From a bacterium (lineage in GTDB: Bacteria; Cyanobacteriota; Vampirovibrionia; Gastranaerophilales; JBAXKC01), in contig JBAXKC010000001.1 of NCBI GenBank assembly GCA_037137535.1, positions 96,001-160,000 on the forward strand: DNA of 64,000 nt, given 5' to 3'. Below, one piece after another: positions 1 through 9,887 of the stretch (the first letter of the stretch is position 1; each line of letters starts with the position of its first letter). The notes under the pieces are model-generated. The model had not been told where the DNA came from. It saw only the letters and a list, made by a program, of their open reading frames with translations, and did no database searches. The position numbers and the translations under genes are program-made.

Positions 1-1353
1 AACGCAATCTAACAATCCCATATTTACTGCAAAAAGCATTGTATATTGCTGAGCAACACTTAAAGGACTGAATTGAGGCTGTTTTAATACTTCAATAAGT
101 TTTTGACCTCTTTTTAACTGATCCTGAGTAGCTTTATCAAGATCGCTTGCAAATTGAGCAAACGCTTCAAGCTCTCTGAACTGAGCTAAATCTAATCTTA
201 ACTTACCTGCAACTGACTTAACAGCAGAAGTTTGAGCCGCACCACCAACCCTTGATACCGAAATACCAGCGTTAATAGCAGGACGAACACCTGAGTTAAA
301 TAAATCTGAATCTAAGAAGATCTGACCGTCAGTAATACTGATTACGTTTGTAGGAATATAAGCAGAAACGTCACCAGCTTGTGTTTCAATAATCGGAAGA
401 GCTGTAATACTTCCTGCTCCAAGTTTATCAGAAAGTTTAGCCGCTCTTTCAAGTAATCTTGAGTGAAGATAGAAAACATCACCCGGATAAGCTTCTCTGC
501 CCGGAGGTCTTTTAAGAAGCAAACTCATAGCTCTATAAGCCCAAGCATGCTTTGTAAGGTCATCATATATAATTAATACATGTTTACCCTGTTCCATAAA
601 CTCTTCTGCCATTGTGACTCCGGCAAAAGGAGCTAAATATTGAATAGGAGCGCTATCATTAGCAGGAGCGGTAACGATGATAGTATAATCCATCGCACCT
701 TGTTCTTCTAATATTTTAGCAACCTGTGCTACGGTACTTGTTCTTTGACCTATAGCAACGTAAACACATATAACGTCAGTATTTTTCTGATTAAGTATGG
801 TATCAATAGCGATAGCGGTTTTACCCGTTTGTCTGTCGCCGATAATTAACTCCCTTTGTCCTCTACCGATTGGGGTTAGAGCATCAATTGAAGTTAATCC
901 TGTTTGCAGAGGCTGATGAACTGATTTTCTGCTAACAATACCCGGAGCTACTCTTTCTACAGGGCTGTATTTGTCTGTAGCAATTGCTCCTTTTCCGTCA
1001 ACAGGTTCACCAAGAGGATTTACAATCCTGCCGATAAGCGCATCACCAACCGGAACGGATGCAATTCTACCTGTTGTTTTAGCTGTCATTCCTTCTTTAA
1101 TGAATTTAAATTCACCAAATATAACAGCGCCAACGTGGTCTTCTTCAAGGTTTAATACCATCCCGATTGTGCCATGACCGTCATTGAACTCGATAAGTTC
1201 ACTGGACATAGCATTTTTTAGGCCATATAACCTTGCAATACCATCACCAACCTCGATTACAGTACCAACATTTGATACTTCGAGTGTTGTCTGGTAATTT
1301 TGTATTTTGCTTTTAATGATGGAGCTTATCTCATCAGGTCTCATTGTTGTCAT
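1..1353 (-). CDS. atpA: F1 ATP synthase subunit alpha, 3' part outside the window
   Basis: Read by hand from ATG at 1353: [17 protein letters not shown]... Contains [17 protein letters not shown] (Walker A) and [22 protein letters not shown]. Absent from the ORF track because it runs off the edge. Confidence 0.97.
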   Translation of the reverse strand, partial: MTTMRPDEISSIIKSKIQNYQTTLEVSNVGTVIEVGDGIARLYGLKNAMSSELIEFNDGHGTIGMVLNLEEDHVGAVIFGEFKFIKEGMTAKTTGRIASVPVGDALIGRIVNPLGEPVDGKGAIATDKYSPVERVAPGIVSRKSVHQPLQTGLTSIDALTPIGRGQRELIIGDRQTGKTAIAIDTILNQKNTDVICVYVAIGQRTSTVAQVAKILEEQGAMDYTIIVTAPANDSAPIQYLAPFAGVTMAEEFMEQGKHVLIIYDDLTKHAWAYRAMSLLLKRPPGREAYPGDVFYLHSRLLERAAKLSDKLGAGSITALPIIETQAGDVSAYIPTNVISITDGQIFLDSDLFNSGVRPAINAGISVSRVGGAAQTSAVKSVAGKLRLDLAQFRELEAFAQFASDLDKATQDQLKRGQKLIEVLKQPQFSPLSVAQQYTMLFAVNMGLLDCV

Positions 1354-1367
1354 ACAGTCATCCTCTG

Positions 1368-1919
1368 CTAAATAAACTGATTTTTCATTTTATTAAGTCT
1401 GTTTTTCACGCTGCCGTCAATGACTTTATCTTCTATTTTTACGATAACTCCGGCAATGATATCTTTATCTACTTTAAAACTCACTTCCAGCGTTTTCTTA
1501 TAAAGAATTTCCAGCTTTTGTTTGATTCTCGATAAAGTTTCTTCATCAAGCTGAATGGCCGCAACCACAACAGCCTCAAGAATATTTTTCTTTTTGTTTA
1601 ACTGCTTATGATAAATATTTGCAAGTGATTGCAAAATAAAGACTCTATTTCTATCTATAAGCAACTTTAAAGTATTTAGAATAAATTCAGTAATTTGTGC
1701 ATTAAAAATAGCATCAATTACGTCTTTTTTGTCGGCATGGCTAACTTCAGGATGTCCTAAAAACTCCGAAAGTTCATTATTTTCGTTAATTGTTTGTTTT
1801 ATGACCTCAAGGTCCTTGTCAAATTGTTCCAACAGAGAATTTTGCTCTCCCAGCTCGATAAGAGCTTTTGCATATCTCTCTGCTATTGTTGAAACACCGC
1901 CAAAATATTCATTACTCAT
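1368..1919 (-). CDS. atpH: ATP synthase subunit delta
   Basis: AERYAKAL N-terminus, C-terminal [19 protein letters not shown], operon position. Confidence 0.95.
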   Translation of the reverse strand: MSNEYFGGVSTIAERYAKALIELGEQNSLLEQFDKDLEVIKQTINENNELSEFLGHPEVSHADKKDVIDAIFNAQITEFILNTLKLLIDRNRVFILQSLANIYHKQLNKKKNILEAVVVAAIQLDEETLSRIKQKLEILYKKTLEVSFKVDKDIIAGVIVKIEDKVIDGSVKNRLNKMKNQFI

Positions 1920-1923
1920 ATGC

Positions 1924-2496
1924 CTATGCCTTTAAATTATCCAAATTCTCGATGAACTCGTCTACAAACTTTTTATGAAGTCTTTCTCCATCTGTTTCTA
2001 TAGTTTTTCTAACATGCTCTTCAGCAATAGTTAAAGCAACTTTTGAAACATCGTTTGAAAGTTTTACAAAAGCCTTATTTTTATCTGCTTCAATAGATCT
2101 TTTCGACTTTTCCGCAAGATTATCAGCTTCTGAATGAGCTTCATTTATAAGTTTTTCCGATAAAGACTTAGCCACTCCGTCAGCCTCTGTAATAATCTTA
2201 CTGACTTCGTCATCAAGTCTTCTTATCTTTTTTTCCGCACCGTCTAATTCAATTTCTGCCTGAAGTTTTAATTCTTCCGCAGTTTTAATTGAATTAGCAA
2301 TATGTGTTTGTTTTTCACTAATAGCAGCAAAAGGATTAAATTTTCTAATTAAAACTACAAGTATAGCCAATAAAATCAAAAAGTTAAAAACATTTGCGTG
2401 GTATAGATCTTCCATAACACTATGGTGAACAACCTTAACCGCTTCTTCAGAGGCTAAGGCAGGTGCTATTCCTAATACATAATCAAAAATACTCAT
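1924..2496 (-). CDS. atpF: ATP synthase F0 subunit b
   Basis: NVFNFLILLAILV TM helix followed by a coiled coil; directly before delta. Confidence 0.88.
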   Translation of the reverse strand: MSIFDYVLGIAPALASEEAVKVVHHSVMEDLYHANVFNFLILLAILVVLIRKFNPFAAISEKQTHIANSIKTAEELKLQAEIELDGAEKKIRRLDDEVSKIITEADGVAKSLSEKLINEAHSEADNLAEKSKRSIEADKNKAFVKLSNDVSKVALTIAEEHVRKTIETDGERLHKKFVDEFIENLDNLKA

Positions 2497-2501
2497 TATA
2501 C

Positions 2502-2972
2502 TTACCCGTTCAACGCATTATCAATAATTTCGGGCGAAACACTCAGGGGAATTTCTTCTCCGAGTATTTTTGCAGAAATATCCTGAGCCAGCGAAATAAC
2601 CTGTGGCTTCAACTGTTCTCTGACTTCATCTGTTTGTTTCTTTGTCTTTTCTTTTGCTTCATCAATTTCTTTTGCAAACTGATCAGAAACTTTTTTAATG
2701 ATAGCCATTTTTTCTTCTGAAGCTTTTTTGGTTTTTTCAAAAAGAGCAGCATTTGCTTCTTTTTTAGTTTTAGATATTTCTTTTTTATAGTCGTCTAAAA
2801 GTTGATCAGTTCTTTCTTTTGAATCTTTTGCCTTTTGCATATTATTTTCAATGTACTCTTTTCTTGTTTCTCTAACAGAGGAAAGAGGTCCATAGAAAAC
2901 TTTCTGCATTAAAAACATAAAGAATAAAAAGCTTAAAACCATCAATATCAGTGTGCCGTTAATATCAAGCAT
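2502..2972 (-). CDS. atpF2: ATP synthase F0 subunit b' (second b paralog)
   Basis: MLDINGTLILMVLSFLFFMFLMQKVFYGPL is a typical b' N-terminus; coiled coil follows. Confidence 0.88.
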   Translation of the reverse strand: MLDINGTLILMVLSFLFFMFLMQKVFYGPLSSVRETRKEYIENNMQKAKDSKERTDQLLDDYKKEISKTKKEANAALFEKTKKASEEKMAIIKKVSDQFAKEIDEAKEKTKKQTDEVREQLKPQVISLAQDISAKILGEEIPLSVSPEIIDNALNG

Positions 2973-3000
2973 TTGCTTATTACCCGTCTAAATTAATAAA

Positions 3001-3243
3001 TTAAGCGCCGAATACATATTTTCCAAGAAGAATAAATACGATTACAAGAGCATAAAGAGCTAACGCTTCCATAAACGCCAAACCGATAAACATAAGTGTG
3101 CTTGCTTTTTTCTCAATTTCAGGCTGACGAGCTGTAGCGTCAATAGCTGCCGCAACTGCTGTTCCCATACCGATACCGGGGCCGATAGCCGCTAGTCCAA
3201 CTGCAAGACCCATTGCGATAAGTGCTGCTGATTTTGGTTCCAT
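3001..3243 (-). CDS. atpE: ATP synthase F0 subunit c, probably H+-coupled
   Basis: GLAAIGPGIGMG glycine motif, ARQPE loop, conserved Glu in FMEALALY. Confidence 0.97.
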   Translation of the reverse strand: MEPKSAALIAMGLAVGLAAIGPGIGMGTAVAAAIDATARQPEIEKKASTLMFIGLAFMEALALYALVIVFILLGKYVFGA

Positions 3244-3296
3244 GTTAATTTCTCCTTTATCAAAGTTAACCCAAATTGTGTAAATAAATACTATTT

Positions 3297-4040
3297 TTAG
3301 TGATCTTCCGCTAATGCACCACCAATATAGGAAGCAGCAAGAACAGAGAAAATGAATGCCTGGATAAATGCGACAAATAACTCAAAAAGCATCATCGGAA
3401 CATCCAAACCGATAGGGAATAAACCGATTAAAACCATTATAATGATTTCGCCTGCCAATATGTTGGCAAAAAGCCTGACTGCCAGCGATAACGGTCTTGT
3501 AAAATCTTCCATAAAAATTAACGGAGCCATAATCCAGATTGGCTGAAAATAATGTTTAAAATAGCCAATTCCTTTTTTAGCAATACCTGAACCTAAGTAA
3601 ACAATAGAAACAATAATTGCTAAAGCGGCTGTTACGTTAATGTCGTTTGTCGGAGAAGCAAAGTCACCTTGTTTTAAGTGGTATAACTTTAAAGGTAATT
3701 CTCCCAACAGATTTGAAAAAAGAATAAACAAAAATAAAGATCCGATTAACGGAACAAATCTTTTGCTTTCTTTCCCTATTTGATCCCTAGTTAAACCTTC
3801 AACAAAATCCATAATCATCTCGGCAAAAGCCTGTAAACCATCAGGAATTCTAGTTAGTCTTCTTGTAATGATAAATCCAAACACGACTAAAACTGCCATT
3901 ACTGTCCAGGCAGCGATAAGTGTATCCATATTTACATTCAAAAATGACTTAAAAGGTTTTAACGGTTCAAGATAAGGAGCTACGTCTTTAATGTAAGGTG
4001 ATAGGTTTTCTACCCAGTGTTTTCCGAATTCAAGCTCCAT
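3297..4040 (-). CDS. atpB: ATP synthase F0 subunit a
   Basis: PTNDIN, RPLSLAVRLFANILAG and FIQAFIF motifs. Confidence 0.97.
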   Translation of the reverse strand: MELEFGKHWVENLSPYIKDVAPYLEPLKPFKSFLNVNMDTLIAAWTVMAVLVVFGFIITRRLTRIPDGLQAFAEMIMDFVEGLTRDQIGKESKRFVPLIGSLFLFILFSNLLGELPLKLYHLKQGDFASPTNDINVTAALAIIVSIVYLGSGIAKKGIGYFKHYFQPIWIMAPLIFMEDFTRPLSLAVRLFANILAGEIIIMVLIGLFPIGLDVPMMLFELFVAFIQAFIFSVLAASYIGGALAEDH

Positions 4041-4182
4041 AAGGTTATGACCCTCTCGGCATTAAATACTAACCATTAACATGACTTTACGTCTTTGTTA
4101 TTAATAGCATAAATTTTAAAGTTAGAATACATTTATTAAAAAAAATAATATTTTTAAACTATGGTAAAACCATTACTAAAAT

Positions 4183-4350
4183 TCACTTGATATATTTTTT
4201 ATAAACGGCATACACACCGACAAAAAAACCGAAAAAGGACGAAACAATAGAAATAATAGGAAATTTCAAACCAAAACTTTTATCAATTAAAGAGCCTGCA
4301 AAAAATCCGATAATAATCGGGCCAAGAAGAGTAAAAGAAATATCTAACAT
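4183..4350 (-). CDS. AtpZ/AtpI-family (ATPase_gene1) small membrane protein, 55 aa, missed by the ORF track
   Basis: Manual translation MLDISFTLLGPIIIGFFAGSLIDKSFGLKFPIISIVSSFFGFFVGVYAVYKKYIK: two TM helices with the G-x2-hD-x2-FG-x3-P pattern; first gene of the atp operon. Confidence 0.8.
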   Translation of the reverse strand: MLDISFTLLGPIIIGFFAGSLIDKSFGLKFPIISIVSSFFGFFVGVYAVYKKYIK

Positions 4351-4433
4351 ATAATTTTGCCAAATTCCAAATTTAATATATTATAGAATTATAATATAAA
4401 ATTATTTAGACAAATATTACTGTAAGGGAAAAA

Positions 4434-5768
4434 ATGAAAGAAGCGTCTCAAAATCCAAATGAGCTAAATATCCTTTATAATGACACGATATTAGAGAATA
4501 AAACCCTTAAAGAAGGGCTGCAATCTCTTTCAACAATTTTAAACACATCTCAATCATCTCATAATATATTTGAAAATTTGTTGTTAAAAATTAAAGAAGT
4601 TATTCAATACGATAAAGCTTTTGTAATATTTCTTAATGGAGACAATCTGGAGTTAAAATATTCCGCAGGTGTTGATAAAGAATTCAACTTTGAAATTAAA
4701 GATGGAAACAAAAAATTATTAAAACTTTTGAATAATGGAAATGATGTTTATCTTTCAACAATATTTCCTGAATTAACACAAGATTCAACAGAAGAGCGTT
4801 CTTTTCTGATTGCTCCTTTATCAATTAGAGGGACTAAATTTGGTGCAGTTATTTTAATAAAAGACACTGCTGATTATTATGACGCAACGTCAAAAACATT
4901 ACTTTATGCCCTTTCTGAAGCGGCATCATACGCGATAAAAGATGCAGAGCTTTCCTCTGTGTTTAAAATGCAACTAAAAATATTAAAAGAAAATATTGCA
5001 GAAAAAGCTAAAGCTTATGAAACTATAAAAATTCAGAATGAAAAAATACTTGAAGCAGACAGAGTAAAAAACGAATTTCTGGCAAATATGTCACATGAGC
5101 TAAGAACACCTCTTAATGCTATCATTGGTTTCTCTGAGGCATTATCTTTAGAAATTTTTGGCGTATTAAATGAAAAACAATCAGAATACATAAACGACAT
5201 ACACTCAAGCGGAGTTCATCTTCTTGGAATGATTAACGACCTGCTTGATCTCTCTAAACTGGAAGCAAAAAAGATATATCTTAATAGAAAAAACTTAATA
5301 ATATTCGATATTGTTGTTGAATCAGTAAATATAATAAAAGCTATTGCCAACAAAAAAAATATCGAAATAGAAATCATCTGCAATAACAAAAATATAGAAG
5401 TTTTTGCAGATCAGACAAAATTAACGCAAATTATTTATAATTTATTGAGCAATTCAATAAAATTTTCACCTGATAATAGCAAAATAACTGTTGAAATAAG
5501 CTCTAACTCAAATGACTTAATAGAAGTTAAAATTAGTGATCAAGGGATAGGAATAGATCCTGAATTTCATGAAAAAATATTTGAAAAATTTCAGCAGGTT
5601 GACTCTTCCTTAACAAGGTCACAGGGCAGTACAGGTTTAGGATTAACGATAACAAAAGAACTTGTAGAATTGCATGGCGGAAATATAACAGTAGAAAGCC
5701 AAAAAGACAGCGGAGCTACTTTTATTTTCACATTGCCGTTTAAGAAGGATGAAACAAGTGAAAACTAA
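4434..5768 (+). CDS. Cytoplasmic GAF-domain sensor histidine kinase
   Basis: H-box FLANMSHELRTPLN, N-box NLLSNSIKF, G boxes DQGIGI and GTGLGL-like; N-terminal GAF-like region. Confidence 0.92.
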   Translation: MKEASQNPNELNILYNDTILENKTLKEGLQSLSTILNTSQSSHNIFENLLLKIKEVIQYDKAFVIFLNGDNLELKYSAGVDKEFNFEIKDGNKKLLKLLNNGNDVYLSTIFPELTQDSTEERSFLIAPLSIRGTKFGAVILIKDTADYYDATSKTLLYALSEAASYAIKDAELSSVFKMQLKILKENIAEKAKAYETIKIQNEKILEADRVKNEFLANMSHELRTPLNAIIGFSEALSLEIFGVLNEKQSEYINDIHSSGVHLLGMINDLLDLSKLEAKKIYLNRKNLIIFDIVVESVNIIKAIANKKNIEIEIICNNKNIEVFADQTKLTQIIYNLLSNSIKFSPDNSKITVEISSNSNDLIEVKISDQGIGIDPEFHEKIFEKFQQVDSSLTRSQGSTGLGLTITKELVELHGGNITVESQKDSGATFIFTLPFKKDETSEN

Positions 5769-6138
5769 ACATAAAATCCTGATAGCTGAAGATAATGTAA
5801 GCAATATGAAACTTTTAAGGGATGTTCTTGAACATCAAGGCTTTGAAGTCATTGAAACTTATGACGGAAAACAAGCTCTTCATAAAATAAAAGAATTAAA
5901 TACACAAATAAGTCTCATATTAATGGATATTCAGCTTCCTGAAATAAACGGCATTGAAGTTATAAAAGAAATAAAACAAAAAGAAGCAACAAAATATATT
6001 CCTGTTTTTGCAGTTTCAGCCTATGCAATGCAAAATGAAATAAACAAAGCCAATGAAGCAGGATGTGATTGTTATATAACCAAACCGATAAACCTCAAGG
6101 ACTTTGTTATAAAAGTAAAACAAACTATAAAAGATTAA
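5749..6138 (+). CDS. Single-domain response regulator
   Basis: ILIAEDN, ILMDIQLP (phospho-Asp), YITKP; overlaps the kinase stop. Confidence 0.92.
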   Translation: MKQVKTKHKILIAEDNVSNMKLLRDVLEHQGFEVIETYDGKQALHKIKELNTQISLILMDIQLPEINGIEVIKEIKQKEATKYIPVFAVSAYAMQNEINKANEAGCDCYITKPINLKDFVIKVKQTIKD

Positions 6139-6194
6139 AGTATCAGCTTGATTGTTTTAAAATAGCGATGAATATAGTTAATGGGAGAGTCAAA

Positions 6195-6623
6195 ATGCAA
6201 AAAAAGAGCTATGAAGAGCTTAAAGAATGGTTAAAAAAGAAAAAATTTCAAAAAAGAATAGATGAGCTTGCAAAAAAATATAAAGATAAAAAAGTATTAA
6301 TTTATGGAGCAGGTTTATTATCCTCAGTTATTTTTGACGATTATGACCTTTCAAATCTTGATATAATTGGTGTTTCAGACAAACGTTTTTATTCAGGAGA
6401 AGAAACTTACAGAAACTTTAACGCAATTCCTCCCGATGAAATCGAAGATTTAACTCCTGATGCTATAATTATGGCAACATATCATACTTTTGACGTTAAA
6501 AACTTCCTTGAAAACTATGTAGGACTTGAATCCAATAAAAATATTAAGCTCGAGCCAATGGTAAAGAAAAACATCAAAGAAAAAATAGAAGAATTTCTTT
6601 TTGACGTTTCTGTCTCAGCTTAA
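6195..6623 (+). CDS. Hypothetical Rossmann-like protein (start revised to ATG 6195)
   Basis: KVLIYGAG...IIGVSD nucleotide-binding pattern; GGGAG RBS before ATG 6195. Confidence 0.65.
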   Translation: MQKKSYEELKEWLKKKKFQKRIDELAKKYKDKKVLIYGAGLLSSVIFDDYDLSNLDIIGVSDKRFYSGEETYRNFNAIPPDEIEDLTPDAIIMATYHTFDVKNFLENYVGLESNKNIKLEPMVKKNIKEKIEEFLFDVSVSA

Positions 6624-6627
6624 AATA

Positions 6628-7482
6628 CTATTTGTTTATTTTCAACAAAGATTTATCATATTCAACTATATTAAGTTTTTCGCCCTTTAGTTTTTCTATA
6701 ACTCCATCGAGTTTAAAAACGCTAAGGGCCTTTTTGTATGGAGAACCCAGATATTTTTTTAATACTGTATCAACTTGATTTACAGAGTAAGTAAAATCAG
6801 TTTTAAAATATCTTCTTCTTATTTGCTTCATTTCTTTTACATAAAGTTTATTTAGCTCTTTTTCCTTTGATGAACTTAATCCGCCAAGCTCAAATTTTGA
6901 TATTATCATTGGCAAGTAAATCATCTTTGCATCATGTTTTACTAAAAATCTCGCATTAAGTTCATAATCGGCATAAACTTTAAAACTTTCGTCATGTTTT
7001 CCATACTTTTTAAACAAATCTGCTTTATAAAATACACTTTGCTGACACATGTTAAAACGGCAGAAAGCAGCTTTATACTTAAATCTATTACAACTATAAG
7101 TCTGATCCTTTTCTCTGCTTTCAGTCATAAATAAACAATCGCCAAAGACAAAATCAACATCAGTTTCCTTGAACAAATTAGCCATTCTCTCAAACATAAA
7201 TTCATCATAAATAAGGTCATTTGCATTTAATAAATAGACAATATCACCCGTAACATGGTCAATAGCCTTATTCATAGCATTATAAACCCCTTTATCGGGT
7301 TCGCTTATAAGAACATCTATTTTATCTCTGTATTTATTAACAACTTGAAGTGTATTATCAGTAGAAGCTCCGTCAATTACTATATATTGAATATTTTTAT
7401 AGGTCTGATTTAATGCACTTAATAAAGTTTCTTCAATAGTTTTTTCTGCATTTCTACACACAGTAATTACGGAAATTTTCAT
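6628..7482 (-). CDS. Glycosyltransferase family 2
   Basis: KISVITVCRN, IVIDGASTDNT, SEPDKGVYNAMNK. Confidence 0.92.
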   Translation of the reverse strand: MKISVITVCRNAEKTIEETLLSALNQTYKNIQYIVIDGASTDNTLQVVNKYRDKIDVLISEPDKGVYNAMNKAIDHVTGDIVYLLNANDLIYDEFMFERMANLFKETDVDFVFGDCLFMTESREKDQTYSCNRFKYKAAFCRFNMCQQSVFYKADLFKKYGKHDESFKVYADYELNARFLVKHDAKMIYLPMIISKFELGGLSSSKEKELNKLYVKEMKQIRRRYFKTDFTYSVNQVDTVLKKYLGSPYKKALSVFKLDGVIEKLKGEKLNIVEYDKSLLKINK

Positions 7483-7616
7483 TATTTTATCCTTATAGAA
7501 TCATCTTCGCTCTTTTTAATATCAATTTATTGGAATATTATACTTTATAGTATAACGCTACATGATATACTTAGGAAGATTATTAAGCAAATAGCTTATG
7601 CGGAGTATAAATTAAT

Positions 7617-8774
7617 ATGGCAGATAATAAAGTTTATTACGATTATATCGAAAATTATGACTTAGAGCTTATAAAAGAAACTATTGCTAAAATATTTGAA
7701 GAAGATAAAACTTTTATTGAAAAAATAAAAGCAAAATCGGGTGCAAAAATCTTAATAAAACCAAACCTTTTATCAGCGAGACATCCTGATAAAGCCATAA
7801 CCACTCATCCAGTCGTAATAAAAGCTATCGTTGAATATTTAAGCCCGTTAGATTGCGAAATAATTATCGGCGACTCACCTGCGGGAACTTATAACCAAAA
7901 AATACTTGAAAAACTTTACACTACTTGCGGAATGAGTGAAGTAGCAGATACTACCCGAGCAACGTTAAATTTTGATACAAGTGATGCTCTTGTAAACTTT
8001 GAAAACGGCAAAACCTTAAAGAAAAGTTTAATGCTAAAGCCTGCGGTAGAAGCCGACTTCATAATAAATGCAGCTAAACTTAAAACTCACACATTAACAC
8101 GTCTTACCTGCACCACTAAAAACCTTTTCGGACTGATGCCAGGGGTATTAAAATTTCGTCAACATCTAGCCATGCCCGATTTAACAATATTTGCTCAGAT
8201 GCTTCTTGATATATGCAATTATTTTGAAGATAAAAGCTTTCACTTTGTAGATGGAATCATTGGAATGGAAGGCGAAGGACCAAGCGGAGGAGATCCTAAA
8301 TTTGCAGGAGCAATTCTTGCAGGCTCAAATCCACAAATGGTAGATATTTTAGCCTGTCATATCATGGGAATGGAGATTAACACAGTTCCCACCTTAAAAG
8401 AATTTAAAGGAATAGAAGATATTGAAATCAACAATTTCAAAGAAATCAAAACTTATAATTTCAACCTTCCTCCTGTTATGAGAAGAAGTATCCCTGATAA
8501 AATTCCAAAATTTGTCCAAAATTATTTAACGGAAATTATTGTGCCAAAACCTTTATTTGACCTTAAAACATGTAAAAAATGTAATATCTGCATAGAATCC
8601 TGTCCTGCTGAAATCATATCAATGGAAAATAAAGGACCAAAAATAAAAGACTATAAAAAATGTATCAGATGTTACTGTTGTCAGGAAGGATGTCCTTATC
8701 GTTCTATTCACCTTTCAACGCCGTTAGTAGAACGTATCTTCAAGTTTTTTTATTTAAATAAGAAAAAAGGATAA
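7617..8774 (+). CDS. DUF362 protein with C-terminal 2x[4Fe-4S] ferredoxin domain
   Basis: ILIKPNLL, KLKTH, KNLFG, MEGEGP; two CxxCxxCxxxCP motifs. Confidence 0.88.
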   Translation: MADNKVYYDYIENYDLELIKETIAKIFEEDKTFIEKIKAKSGAKILIKPNLLSARHPDKAITTHPVVIKAIVEYLSPLDCEIIIGDSPAGTYNQKILEKLYTTCGMSEVADTTRATLNFDTSDALVNFENGKTLKKSLMLKPAVEADFIINAAKLKTHTLTRLTCTTKNLFGLMPGVLKFRQHLAMPDLTIFAQMLLDICNYFEDKSFHFVDGIIGMEGEGPSGGDPKFAGAILAGSNPQMVDILACHIMGMEINTVPTLKEFKGIEDIEINNFKEIKTYNFNLPPVMRRSIPDKIPKFVQNYLTEIIVPKPLFDLKTCKKCNICIESCPAEIISMENKGPKIKDYKKCIRCYCCQEGCPYRSIHLSTPLVERIFKFFYLNKKKG

Positions 8775-8779
8775 TATAA

Positions 8780-9220
8780 ATGAAAATTCTTATAATTCAT
8801 GGGCCAAACTTAAATCTTCTCGGAAAAAGAGAGCCTGACAAATACGGTAACACTACGTTGGAAGAAATAAATAATAATTTAAAAAATGAAGCCTCCAATC
8901 TTAATGTTGAAGTTAATTTTTTTCAATCAAACATTGAAGGAGAAATAATCACGAAAATTCAACAGACAATGGGAATATATGATGGTCTTGTGATTAACCC
9001 TGCCGCTTATACTCATACAAGCGTTGCTATTAGAGATGCTATCTTAGCTGTTAATATTCCAACGGTAGAAGTTCATCTTTCTAATATCCATCAAAGAGAA
9101 GAATTCAGGCATTTTTCTTACATCGCACCTGTTGCAATAGGACAAATAGCAGGATTTGGAGCAGATAGCTATAAATTAGGACTTTTAGCACTAGTGAACA
9201 AGTTAAAAGATATTTTATAA
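8780..9220 (+). CDS. aroQ: Type II 3-dehydroquinate dehydratase
   Basis: [37 protein letters not shown]. Confidence 0.97.
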   Translation: MKILIIHGPNLNLLGKREPDKYGNTTLEEINNNLKNEASNLNVEVNFFQSNIEGEIITKIQQTMGIYDGLVINPAAYTHTSVAIRDAILAVNIPTVEVHLSNIHQREEFRHFSYIAPVAIGQIAGFGADSYKLGLLALVNKLKDIL

Positions 9221-9234
9221 ACAGGGAAATATAA

Positions 9235-9654
9235 ATGTTAAAAAAACCTTTTATTTTAAGTCTGATGTTATTCGGAATATCGATATTGATAGCTATAATT
9301 TTTTCAATATTTATTACTCTTTTTAAGATAAATATAGGTTCATTTATAATCGCCATAGCTGCTACTAATTTAGCTGCCGCCATTACAGGTACGATATATA
9401 CAGGCAAATATAAAGTGGCACTTAATAAAAATGAAAAAATAAAAATTTCAGGATATTACTTTGCAATTCAAATAATAACGTCTACATGTCTAATTTATTT
9501 ACTAAAGATTAAATCAATAGAACTTATAATGGCTATAACCCTAATTCCATTGTTTCTTCTTACTTTAATAATCTATTTTTCACTTGGGAGGGGCTGTAAA
9601 ACAAAACTAAGAGAACTAGAAAAAAAAGAATTATTAAATAAATCTTCAGTTTAA
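9235..9654 (+). CDS. Hypothetical membrane protein, about 4 TM helices
   Basis: Hydrophobic ORF co-oriented with aroQ; AGGG RBS. Confidence 0.65.
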   Translation: MLKKPFILSLMLFGISILIAIIFSIFITLFKINIGSFIIAIAATNLAAAITGTIYTGKYKVALNKNEKIKISGYYFAIQIITSTCLIYLLKIKSIELIMAITLIPLFLLTLIIYFSLGRGCKTKLRELEKKELLNKSSV

Positions 9655-9684
9655 AAAAATTAAGACCGTTTTAAAATTTTTCGC

Positions 9685-9712
9685 AAAATAAAAGCCACCT
9701 TTTTGGGCGGCT
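9685..9712 (-). terminator. Intrinsic terminator of the candidate sRNA
   Basis: Minus strand AGCCGCC-caaaaa-GGTGGCT followed by TTTATTTT. The U-tract and G-U pair work only on the minus strand. Confidence 0.8.
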
Positions 9713-9761
9713 ACCAGACTTTGGGGAGGAGGTTGGGGTATGACCATTTGTTTGGTCTATA
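9685..9761 (-). ncRNA. Candidate sigma28-dependent small RNA with a C-rich anti-SD seed
   Basis: Perfect sigma28 promoter upstream; 5' hairpin GACCA-aacaaa-TGGTC; linker ATACCCCAACCTCCTCCCCAAAG; intrinsic terminator; no credible ORF with an RBS. Confidence 0.75.
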
Positions 9762-9767
9762 TTTTAT

Positions 9768-9794
9768 TTATCGGCAAATTATTTTAAAACTTTA
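9768..9794 (-). promoter_or_regulatory. sigma28 (FliA/SigD) promoter
   Basis: Minus strand TAAAGTTT-taaaataattt-GCCGATAA, an exact match to TAAAGTTT-N11-GCCGATAA. Confidence 0.88.
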
Positions 9795-9834
9795 GGGTTT
9801 TATTTGAAGCAATTAATATTTCTTAACAAAAGTC

Positions 9835-9865
9835 AAAAACCGTTTGCGACAAAACAAACGGTTTT
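9835..9865 (-). terminator. Intrinsic terminator after flgE
   Basis: AAAACCGTTTG / CAAACGGTTTT inverted repeat about 20 nt after the flgE stop. Confidence 0.75.
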
Positions 9866-9887
9866 ATTTTTAAAAATCAACTATTTA

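Noticed and set aside
3001-3243. Na+-coupled ATP synthase
   Set aside because: Subunit c has GIGMG and EALALY, lacking the Gln and E(S/T) Na+ ligands.
4288-4313. TAAAG...TCCGATAA as a sigma28 promoter for the 4434 kinase
   Set aside because: The spacer is one base short, the -10 is imperfect, and it lies inside the AtpZ/AtpI coding sequence.
9685-9761. Cyanobacterial Yfr1 as the identity of the sRNA
   Set aside because: Similar two-hairpin layout, but the ACUCCUCACAC motif is absent and the promoter is sigma28-type.
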